From Candidatus Woesearchaeota archaeon (lineage in GTDB: Archaea > Nanobdellota > Nanobdellia > Woesearchaeales > UBA10216), in the NCBI GenBank assembly GCA_016192905.1, contig JACPTG010000001.1, positions 357,005 through 421,004 on the forward strand: a stretch of DNA of 64,000 nt, written 5' to 3'. Made by a program: the position numbers and the translations under genes. The notes beneath the pieces are model-generated. The model had not been told where the DNA came from. It did no database searches and saw only the letters and a list, made by a program, of their open reading frames with translations. Below are positions 38,319-47,100 of the stretch, piece after piece; positions within the stretch are counted from its first letter, which is position 1, and every line of letters starts with the position of its first letter.

Positions 38319-39425
38319 ACGAGGCCACTTATAGTTGGAATAGACCCGGGAACAACATCAAGCTACGCGCTTCTGGACGCACAGGGAAAGGTAGTAAAGG
38401 TAAAGTCAGGAAAGGAACTTGGGCTAAACGAAATTCTCAGGGAAACATACGCAGAAGGCACTGCAATAGCCGTGGGGACAGACAAAAGGAAATGCCCTGC
38501 GGCCATTGAAAAGTTCGCTGCAAGGACCGGGGCAAGGATAATAAGCCCGGGCGAGGACATGGGCATAAGGGAGAAAACCGAGCTTACAAAAAGCTATTCC
38601 TTCGCCAACGAGCATGAGAAAGACGCAATCGCAGCCGCCCTGCTGGCGTACAATGAGCTGAGGCCGCTGCTGGAAAAAATACGAAAAGCCGTCAGCCTGC
38701 AACTAAGGGAGCCTGTAACAAAAACAGTGATTACAAAAGGGATAAGCATAAGCGCAGCCCTGGAGGATATGAAGCCAAAGCCAGCCCCTGAAACAGCCCA
38801 GCAGAAAAAGCCCTTCACGCCTGTTCCAAGGCAGATAAACCCGCTGGCGAAAACAGTCGAGATAATGAGGAGGCACAACAACAAGCTCATCAAAGCCCTG
38901 AACAGGCACAAGGCCACCATCAGAAAACTGCGGGCCATGAGAAAAACAGGCCCTGACCACAGAGAGCGCACAATACAAGCGCTGGCAGGCCAGGCAAGGG
39001 CAAAAAACGAGCAAATAAACCTGCTAAGCGAAGAAATAGCCCTGCTTCAGCAGATGCTGGCAATGGCAAACAGCAAGGCAATAGTAAAAAAGCTCAAGGA
39101 CCTGACCTGGCAAGAGTACGCGGCAAAAAACAGAATCCTTAAAATAGGCGAAGGCGACATCCTGCTTGTGGAAAATCCGGAAAAGTACAGTGAAAGGACA
39201 ATTTCAGAGTTAAAGGACAAGGCGCTTATAATACTCTGCAGGGGGAAGCCCGGAAGTCAGCTTTATGACTCGGCCACCCTGATAGACGCGTCTGAAATAA
39301 GCCTGACTGAAAATGAGCACTTCGCAATAGGCGACAGGAATGAAATAGAGGCAGAAAAGTCCAAAAAGGACCTCCTGGGAAGGATAGTAACGAGCTACCG
39401 GAAGGAAAGGCAGGGAACAACATGA
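38319..39425 (+). CDS. DUF460 (RNase H-fold) domain protein with atypical start
   Basis: IVGIDPGTT motif at 38331 lies in frame upstream of the ORF-track GTG; HEKDAIAAA motif; start is ACG 38319, or ATG 38307 followed by an in-frame TAG. Confidence 0.8.
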   Translation, partial: TRPLIVGIDPGTTSSYALLDAQGKVVKVKSGKELGLNEILRETYAEGTAIAVGTDKRKCPAAIEKFAARTGARIISPGEDMGIREKTELTKSYSFANEHEKDAIAAALLAYNELRPLLEKIRKAVSLQLREPVTKTVITKGISISAALEDMKPKPAPETAQQKKPFTPVPRQINPLAKTVEIMRRHNNKLIKALNRHKATIRKLRAMRKTGPDHRERTIQALAGQARAKNEQINLLSEEIALLQQMLAMANSKAIVKKLKDLTWQEYAAKNRILKIGEGDILLVENPEKYSERTISELKDKALIILCRGKPGSQLYDSATLIDASEISLTENEHFAIGDRNEIEAEKSKKDLLGRIVTSYRKERQGTT

Positions 39426-39853
39426 ACCAAAACGCAAGGATACTGCTCGCCATAGCGGCTGCAGTCGCAGCATACCTTTCAGCATTAGCTGTCTTCCGGC
39501 CAATAATAGCACCCAGCACCGGAATGATGGCCATGATGCCAAGCCCAAACATTCTAACGCTTAACATACTGGCCCTCATGCTCGGAGCAGGAGCCGCAGC
39601 CATGGCATACGCCCTTACCAGGGAAAAGGGAAAGGAGGAACTGGCTGTGGTAAAAAAGGTAATATCGCCAGATGAGAAAGCAGCCCTTGAAGAGGTTCAA
39701 AAGGCAGGCGAAATAACCCAGGACTCGCTAAGATACAGGCTCGGCTGGAGCAAGGCAAAGACAAGCAGCATAATCACAAGCCTGGACAGGATGAACCTAA
39801 TCCAAAGGGAACGGCAGGGGAAGACCTACAACATATTTGTCAAGCCCAGGTAG
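39422..39853 (+). CDS. Membrane protein with C-terminal winged HTH
   Basis: Two TMs, then ITQDSLRYRLGWSKAK...RERQGKT. Confidence 0.85.
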   Translation: MNQNARILLAIAAAVAAYLSALAVFRPIIAPSTGMMAMMPSPNILTLNILALMLGAGAAAMAYALTREKGKEELAVVKKVISPDEKAALEEVQKAGEITQDSLRYRLGWSKAKTSSIITSLDRMNLIQRERQGKTYNIFVKPR

Positions 39854-40002
39854 AGGCGCTTTGATTTCGGCACAGGCTGTATTGAAAACCCCGCCTATGG
39901 TTAACTATTTTATCTTGGCACTCTGCGTTTTTCGTTCCCTTCGTTGGCCTGAACAAAAGTTTTATAAATAAGCTCTCCTTAGCTAGCCTTAGGTGATGTT
40001 AT

Positions 40003-40239
40003 ATGGTGCAAGCTCTTGTGGAACTGGATGAAAATACCAATAGGGTGCTGAACATTGTAAAAGCCAAATACAACCTTAGAGATAAAGGAGAAGCAATAAA
40101 GAGGGTTGTGAGCGAATATATTGAAATGGAAGATGAACCTGAATTAAGGCCTGAGTTTATTGAGAAGATGAAAAGAATCAGTCAGCAGAAAAGCATTAAG
40201 GTTGATGATTTTGCTGCAAGGTATAGCTTAAGAAATTAA
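40003..40239 (+). CDS. DUF2683-like antitoxin
   Basis: NRVLNIVKAKYNL...EPELRPEF motif. Confidence 0.85.
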   Translation: MVQALVELDENTNRVLNIVKAKYNLRDKGEAIKRVVSEYIEMEDEPELRPEFIEKMKRISQQKSIKVDDFAARYSLRN

Positions 40240-40249
40240 AGGCGTCATC

Positions 40250-40531
40250 ATGTATGATTTGCATATCAAACCTGAGGCGGATGGCATATTCAGGAAGCTA
40301 ATGAAGCGAAACCCTAAGCAGATCGAGATAATCAACAAGAAACTATTGGAAATAAGGCACAATCCAAATCACGGATACAAGTTCCTGAGAAAACCTTTGC
40401 AGTCCTTCAATCGCGTTCATATTGACAAGCATTTTGTGTTGATATTCAAAATTGACCATGCAGGAAGCATCATTGACGTATATTATTATGACCATCACGA
40501 TAATGTCTACAACTGGAAGCCTAAAGAATAG
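40250..40531 (+). CDS. RelE/YafQ-family toxin
   Basis: RVHIDKHFVLIF...DHHDNVY motif. Confidence 0.88.
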   Translation: MYDLHIKPEADGIFRKLMKRNPKQIEIINKKLLEIRHNPNHGYKFLRKPLQSFNRVHIDKHFVLIFKIDHAGSIIDVYYYDHHDNVYNWKPKE

Positions 40532-40613
40532 AGGGTATTCTACGGTTCTGAACGGTAAGCAGGGCAAAAAAGTAATATGCGCCCGGACAGCCTTCTTTGT
40601 GAGGTGAGGCCAA

Positions 40614-40886
40614 ATGGACAGGAAAAAGACGTTCGCAATAGTGGCTGTGGCAGTACTGCTGATAACAGCCGCATTAGGGGCAACTGCGCTTGCCCACCAG
40701 AGCAACCGGACCATAGCCTGGCAGGGAATGATGAGCGGGCAAAAGGGCCAAGGCACAGGCATGATGGAAACTAAAGGCGGGCATATGGGCACAGGAGGCC
40801 AAATGGACATTGAGGAAATGAAAACCATGCACAGGCAGATGCACGGCGAAGAAATGCCAGAGCACTGCCAGCAGATGATGGGTTAA
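40614..40886 (+). CDS. Secreted Met/His/Gly-rich small protein (possible metal binding)
   Basis: GAGGTGA SD, signal peptide, MH..MH..HC..MM tail. Confidence 0.75.
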   Translation: MDRKKTFAIVAVAVLLITAALGATALAHQSNRTIAWQGMMSGQKGQGTGMMETKGGHMGTGGQMDIEEMKTMHRQMHGEEMPEHCQQMMG

Positions 40887-40891
40887 CAGGC

Positions 40892-41269
40892 CTACAGCAG
40901 GCACTGGCAGGGCCTGTAGCCCTTCCTGAAAGCCTGAGACTTTGACCTGAACACAACCTTATTTGATTTAAGCACATTCTTGGCAAAAGGGCAGGAAGGC
41001 TCATGCACTTTCATAGTGCTTGCCGCGCCGAGGAAAAAAACAGGCCGCCTCGCGGAAATCCTGGGCGCAAGAATAATTGAAGGCTTTGATTTTCCAGAGT
41101 TCTCATAAGAGGCAAGGCGCGCTGCCATTGACTTCTGCGCCTCAGCCATCTGGTTAAGAGCGCCTGTAAGCTCGGAAACCCTTAGCCGCAAAGACTCAAT
41201 ATCCTTCCTCGCCAAAGTAAAAGAAAGGCTAACGTTCTTCACAACCTGGTCCAGTCCTATTTCAACCAC
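40892..41269 (-). CDS. Coiled-coil protein with Ada-type metal-binding-like C-terminus
   Basis: KVHEPSCPFAK...GYRPCQC. Confidence 0.75.
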   Translation of the reverse strand: MVEIGLDQVVKNVSLSFTLARKDIESLRLRVSELTGALNQMAEAQKSMAARLASYENSGKSKPSIILAPRISARRPVFFLGAASTMKVHEPSCPFAKNVLKSNKVVFRSKSQAFRKGYRPCQCLL

Positions 41270-41350
41270 CCCTTGACTGGAAAGCGGGCGGCATTTAAAT
41301 ACTTTTTCAAGTTCACCACTATAAAGGAATGCTTAAATAAAATGCGGAAA

Positions 41351-41914
41351 CTAAACCTGCACTATAACGCCCTTAGGCCCTGGGTTCAGGAGCACTGTAC
41401 CTCCTATTTTGTCCCTTTCCCCAAAGTGCTCATGGAAGTGGCCTGAAATGGCCAGGAGCGGCCTCAAACTCCTTATCGCACCTGTTATGCTCCTGTTACC
41501 CCTATACTCCCATAGCAGGTCCAGCCTGGTCCCGAATGGAGGCGCATGCGTGACTATTATCAGGTTCTTTTTTCCCTCAAGATTCCTCATGAACCTTTCA
41601 AGCCCTGCATCCCTCAAGGCAAACCCTCCGCCGCCATAGCCTGCGAACCAAAATCCGCCCAGCTGGAGGGCTTTCCTGTGAATGAATTCAACGTTGCCTT
41701 CGCAGGCCTTTCTAACCTCTTTTTCATCTTCATGGTTGCCGTGTATGAGCAATACCTTTTTCCCCAGCCTGTTCATTGATGCAAGGATGGTTTTCGTTTT
41801 CTTCCCGAAGAAGGTAAAGTCGCCTGCGCACACTATTATGTCTGCAGCTTGCGCCTTCCTCCTGATATGCCCCAAGGCAGCGCCGTGGGTGTCTGTGAAT
41901 GCCAGGATTTTCAT
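41351..41914 (-). CDS. Icc-like metallophosphoesterase
   Basis: DTHG, GD, GNHE, THAPP, GHFHE, NPG motifs. Confidence 0.93.
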   Translation of the reverse strand: MKILAFTDTHGAALGHIRRKAQAADIIVCAGDFTFFGKKTKTILASMNRLGKKVLLIHGNHEDEKEVRKACEGNVEFIHRKALQLGGFWFAGYGGGGFALRDAGLERFMRNLEGKKNLIIVTHAPPFGTRLDLLWEYRGNRSITGAIRSLRPLLAISGHFHEHFGERDKIGGTVLLNPGPKGVIVQV

Positions 41915-43107
41915 GCTTCGTAGTAGTCCAAAAGCACCAGCTTGTCGATTTCCTTCAGGTCCCTTACTATAAATAGCCTTCCCCTGCCTACCTCAACTAT
42001 TTTTTCGGCCAGTGCGCGGCCCCTCTGGTCAAGCTCTATCCCTATTATTGAGATGGTAACTCCTGATGCACTGACTGCCGAGGCTGCCTCCAGCGTGTCT
42101 TTTTCAGGGCTTTCCCCCTTTGTCGGCAGCCCATCAGTAATCAGAAGAAGATGCCTCGTCCCCTTAATGCCCTCGAATTGCATGGATGCCTCATGTATGG
42201 TTCCGGCAAGGTCTGTCTGCGCAGCCGCCCTTGCACGGGTTATCTCCCTCAACAGGGTTGGGAAGTCCTGCGTTGGCCTAATCGCTGACTTAATCCCTGT
42301 CCCGAAGACTATCAGCCCAACATCATCCTTTTCGTCTATTGCCTTATACGCAAGGGCTATGCCTGCCTTCTTGCACTTCCCCAGCTTCTCGCCCTTCATG
42401 CTTCCAGACGCGTCTATAGCGTAAATAACACTCTTCCTGCCCCTGCCTTTCCTTTTAAAGCTCATAAGGTCCTTAATGCTGATTTCCTCATGCCTCCGCA
42501 TTATGGCCCTTTTCAGCGTCTTCCTAATGGCTATGTCACTGTACCTTTCCTTCTGGAAGTTTCTCTCCTCATCCCTAATCCCATACGGCTGCTCCTTCCT
42601 TTGCTTCCTTTCACCTGTGATTCCCTCAGGCAGGAGATTGTCCAGCTCCTCTGTGTATAGAATCAGCCCTGCAAGGTCTGCCGCCCTCTCCGTAAGGTTG
42701 CCTTCCCTGTCTATAAGCCTGTCCTCCCTCAGCCTGTCAACCCTTTCCTCAATCCGCCGCAGCAGCTCGCGCTGGAATTCAGGCAGCCTGATGTTCTTCC
42801 TGACTTCGCCTGGCTCATATCCTGTTATCCTCCTGATAATCGACTCACCAAAGACCTGCTGCGCCACAGAGTAATTTTTCACGAGCTGCTCAAAAAGCTT
42901 TGATGCTGTGAAGCTTTGCACGCCCTGGTTGATTGCATCAGCTATAAGTTTTCCTTCCTCCACTGTGCCCTTGTCGTTTTCCAGCACAGCCCTCATAAGC
43001 CCCTTGTCAGCGCCTGGCGCAAGCCTGCCTGAATATTCGCCAATCTGCTCCCAGCCGGCTAATGGAACATCCCTGCTACCGGTAATCACCTTTCTGGAGA
43101 AAGTCAT
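41911..43107 (-). CDS. von Willebrand factor A domain protein
   Basis: MIDAS motif DASGSM, ITDGLP. Confidence 0.92.
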   Translation of the reverse strand: MTFSRKVITGSRDVPLAGWEQIGEYSGRLAPGADKGLMRAVLENDKGTVEEGKLIADAINQGVQSFTASKLFEQLVKNYSVAQQVFGESIIRRITGYEPGEVRKNIRLPEFQRELLRRIEERVDRLREDRLIDREGNLTERAADLAGLILYTEELDNLLPEGITGERKQRKEQPYGIRDEERNFQKERYSDIAIRKTLKRAIMRRHEEISIKDLMSFKRKGRGRKSVIYAIDASGSMKGEKLGKCKKAGIALAYKAIDEKDDVGLIVFGTGIKSAIRPTQDFPTLLREITRARAAAQTDLAGTIHEASMQFEGIKGTRHLLLITDGLPTKGESPEKDTLEAASAVSASGVTISIIGIELDQRGRALAEKIVEVGRGRLFIVRDLKEIDKLVLLDYYEA

Positions 43108-44074
43108 CCAGCTCTTCCCTGAGCACGTCCTGCGGAGTGGTCATGTATTTTGCAGAAGGCTTAACCTCTATCCTATGGGCAAGCACAGACACCGCCGCGT
43201 CCCTGATGTCCTCTGCTGTCACTGTATCGCCCGCCCTCAGCAGCGCGTTTGCCTGCGCCCTTTCATACAAGCCTATAGTCGCCCTGACGCTTGGCAGCCT
43301 GGAAAGTTTTTTATTGTTCCTGAGCGCCCTGACAAACGCCACCATTCTTGAGAATAACTGCGGGGGAAAATCTGCCGCTTTTTTCCCCTTTTTCAGCGCA
43401 ATCTGCTCCTCTGTCTCCTGCGCCTCAGGATAGGCCATGTAAACCAGGTCAAACCTGTCTGACAACACCTCAGACAGCTTCTCAGTGCTGGTGTCCTGAG
43501 GGTTCATGGTCCCAAGGAAAATGAAGTCTGCCTCCAAATCAACTGTGTAGCTGCCAATGGTCGCCTTCTTTTCCTCAAGAGCCTGCAGCAGCGCGTTCTG
43601 CACCTTTTCAGGGCACCTGTTCAGCTCGTCAAAGAACAAGACCCCGTTGTTTGCCTTGAATATCTTTCCAGGAGTGAACGCCTCAATTGACGCAGGGCCG
43701 AATCTGATGGCCTTCACAGGGTCTATGTCCCCCAAAAGGTCTTCAGACGTAAGGTCTGGGCTGCCCTGAACCCTCACAAAACGCTGCTCCCCTGAAATTA
43801 CCTTAGTCTTTGTTGTCTTTCCCGCCAGGCATTCAGGGCACACAGCCTTGCCTGGAAGGCAGTTGTACCCGCAATCATTCACAAGCACCTTTGGCAGCAG
43901 CCTTGCCACATTCCTGGCAAGAGTGGTCTTCCCAATCCCAGGCGGCCCGACTATTATTACGTTCCTTCCCATTAACAGGGCTGACTTAAGCTGCCCCTTT
44001 GCCTCTTCCTGGCCAAGTATATCAGGAAACGAGCTCTCCAGCAGCCTTTCATGGAATTCCCTGCCAATCATCAC
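43076..44074 (-). CDS. MoxR/ChlI-like AAA+ ATPase
   Basis: GPPGIGKT, FFDELNR, QNALLQALEE, TMNP, DRF motifs. Confidence 0.93.
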   Translation of the reverse strand: MMIGREFHERLLESSFPDILGQEEAKGQLKSALLMGRNVIIVGPPGIGKTTLARNVARLLPKVLVNDCGYNCLPGKAVCPECLAGKTTKTKVISGEQRFVRVQGSPDLTSEDLLGDIDPVKAIRFGPASIEAFTPGKIFKANNGVLFFDELNRCPEKVQNALLQALEEKKATIGSYTVDLEADFIFLGTMNPQDTSTEKLSEVLSDRFDLVYMAYPEAQETEEQIALKKGKKAADFPPQLFSRMVAFVRALRNNKKLSRLPSVRATIGLYERAQANALLRAGDTVTAEDIRDAAVSVLAHRIEVKPSAKYMTTPQDVLREELDDFLQKGDYR

Positions 44075-44114
44075 TAAAAGAGAAACCCGGGTGATTTATA
44101 AAGATTGTTTTGGA

Positions 44115-47100
44115 TTAGTTGCCTTCCTTCTTTCCCTTGGAAACAAAGTACACGACCACTCCAAGGACAGCTATAACAACAATGGAGATGGCTATAAGGT
44201 TCAGGAGCGGAATTCCTGCGACGTTCTGCAGGTTTGGAAGCAGGGAAGGCTGGGCAGATTCGTTTGACAGCTCACCTGAAGGCCCTCCAGACGCAGACTC
44301 ATTAGTCTCCACAACGGCTCCTGTCGGGCCTGCGGTAGTCTCATTCGCAGCAGCAGCCGGACTTGACCTGGCAGCGACCGCGAAAACGCTGAAGCCAGGC
44401 GTTGAAGCCTCATAGTTGACATTTATCGTATCCTCACTGAGTATCTTGGTTGAAAGCTCATTCCACTTGCCCCCGTTGTGCCTGTAAAGGGCAACGTTAT
44501 CCTTCACAAGGCTGTTTGAAGCCAGCCACTTCTTCCCCACACTGAACTGCATCGTGACGGTCTTAACAGAAGATATCGGGAGGTTTGATGTATCAAACTG
44601 CAGGTACTGGTAAACAGTGCCGGGCGCAACGCCTGTGGCTGAAGGAGCGCCGGTAAGCTTGGTCACATCAACCGTAACCGAAGCTGCGACAGTGCCTGTC
44701 TCAATGATAACCTTCCTCACGGCAAAGTCAGACTTGACAATATTCATGACATTCGCGCCAATAGGCAGCTCAGCCCAAACCTTGCTGACCTTCGTGGCAG
44801 CCGCATCCTGATTACCAGGTCCGGCACCACCGCCACTGCTGCTTCCACCGCTGCTACTGCTGCTGGAGCTGGATGAGGAACTGGTTGAGAAGTTAAGCGG
44901 GCCTGTGGTGTTGCAGTTGCCAGCCACGTCACATGAAGTCACGTTGATGTAATAAGCCGTTGATGCAGAAAGGCTGTTTACTGTAACCCTATGACCCTCA
45001 CTATAAGCAGTATCAGTCGTATTCGCAGTAAATGTTGCTGAGGCAATGCCATGGGCAACAGAAGAGTTAGCCCTTTCGTGCGTTGTCCAGGTAATGACTG
45101 CTGAGGTAGTGCTCACAGAAGCTGAAGGCGTCTGGTTGAACACAGGCTTCTCAGTGTCATTAACCCTTAATGTCCTCAAGGCGCTGGTACCCACCTCATT
45201 GCTCTCGCTGTTCAGGCAGCTTATGTTATAGGAATAGGTTCCATTCTGGGGAGTTGAATTCACAATGAACGCGCTCAGGGTGTCATTAACAACAGTGCCA
45301 TTCACAAGCGAAGTTCCGTTAATCCTGAGCGTGCAGGACTGGTTTGAGTCGTTAAGCGTCAGCAGCTTAAACTGAATCCTGGCGTTCTGGACCTGGGAAA
45401 GATTAGAATCCTCTGTAGTGATGTTGATGGTGTCAAACCAGACGTCATCCTTCCAGGAAGACACCCACCCGCTGTTATTGGTGACTGTGAAATTAAAGGT
45501 CACGAAATCAGCCACAGGAACAGACATGTTCACAACAACCCTGAACTGGTGGACTGTCTCGTTCAGCTTTCCTGAATTGACAATCGTGAAGTTATAGTTG
45601 GAAATGTTCGACTCATTGTTCATCGCAACAGGAACCCACTGCGTTAGGTTGCTCAGGTTCAAATAGCTGATATTATAAGATGTGCGGGAAGAAGTGTCAT
45701 TAACCTTCACAGTAAGATTAAGGATTTGCGAATAATTGGTCTGATAATTGGTGACGTTCCAGTACACTGTGCAACCCGGGTAACACTGGTAGACTGTGCG
45801 GTCAGAGCGGAACTCCACTCCAGTGCTGTTCACGCCGTACGCCGAGAAGCCGCCGAGGCCATAAGTTGGAATCCTGACTGTAGTGTAATTTGAGCCCTGC
45901 TTAATCACAGTAATGTTGCCGCTCACATCCACGCAGCCCGAGCCGTTGATGTCACACTTGATAATCCGGTTGCCCACCTGTGAGATGTTTATCACCACAG
46001 AATCAATGCCCAGAATCTGGGCCATCTCCTGCCACTTAGTGCCATTCATGCCCACAAGCATCCTTGCATCTGTTGGCCTGCTGGGAGTTGACTCGTTAAC
46101 CTGAGTGTACTGAATCATGTCAGTCATGTTGATGGATGTTGCCTTGGCGATGTCAACGCCCTCAAACAGGATGTTCCAGCCCAATGTAGAGCCATTAAAA
46201 GAGGCATTGGGATTATCAAACCTCATGGTGGTATTAGAGATGTAGCTGATGTTCCTGATTGAGAAATGTATATACTCAGAGCCGTTGAAATAAGTAAGGT
46301 TAAGCCCGGACATTGACGGGCTGCCCTTGGGGTCAAACAGGATGCCGAAGTTGAAATTAGATGAGCCGCTGGTCTTGGTGGTGAAGTTCAAACAGGCGCT
46401 GGTGGCGCAGTTGCCTGACAGGTCGCAGTTCTTTGTCCTGTAGTAATAAGTCGTGTTTGCCCTTAAAGGAGTGACGCCGGCGGCTGAAATTGAAGTGTTG
46501 TCAAAATTCAGGGAGTGCCACGGCCTGTACCGGTCACTCTCAAAGAGGGCGTCAGTAAGGTTGGCAACAGGAACTGTGCACGCACTTGAAGTATTGTAAA
46601 ACTCCAGCGAAAGGTTTGACAGCTCGCTGGTGCTCTGCCTGAGCATGGCAAACCTGTCAAACTCATCAACTATATTGCTCATAACCCTGGGAGCCGTCTT
46701 GTCATTGGCCAAAAGCGCGGATCTGTTAGCCGAACACCACGGAGCCTGCGCGCAGTCAGCGTCAGCGCAGTTCGCATTTCCATCCTGGTCCTCATCAGGA
46801 GAGCCCTGAGCACAGTCTTCAAAGGGCGTGAACTTGCCGCCGCCAAGCTTGGCAAAGGCAGTGCCGCAGGCCATCGGATTGGACTCGCAGTTCGGCGGGA
46901 TAAACTCCACAGAGCCAGGGGTATAGGTGGCATTAAACAGAGTGTCGTTGGACATGTTCGGAATGGCTGTAAGGTTATCCACAGTGGCCAAATGGTAAAC
47001 AATTGAGTCCTTGGGGTTGCCAATGTCAGACAGCGGAACCACCATTATGGCTGCGCCGAAAGTGCAGATAGGCGTCTGGCTCGGGTTGAAGGGGTTTGTC

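Noticed and set aside
39850..39890. Possible fourth copy of the dispersed repeat (GTAGAGGC..TTTGATTTCGGCA)
   Set aside because: Similarity is short and lacks the central hairpin; could be chance.
41351..44074. MoxR-VWA-phosphoesterase operon as a novel system
   Set aside because: MoxR/VWA pairing is a well-known chaperone-type arrangement, and nothing unusual is seen in its motifs.
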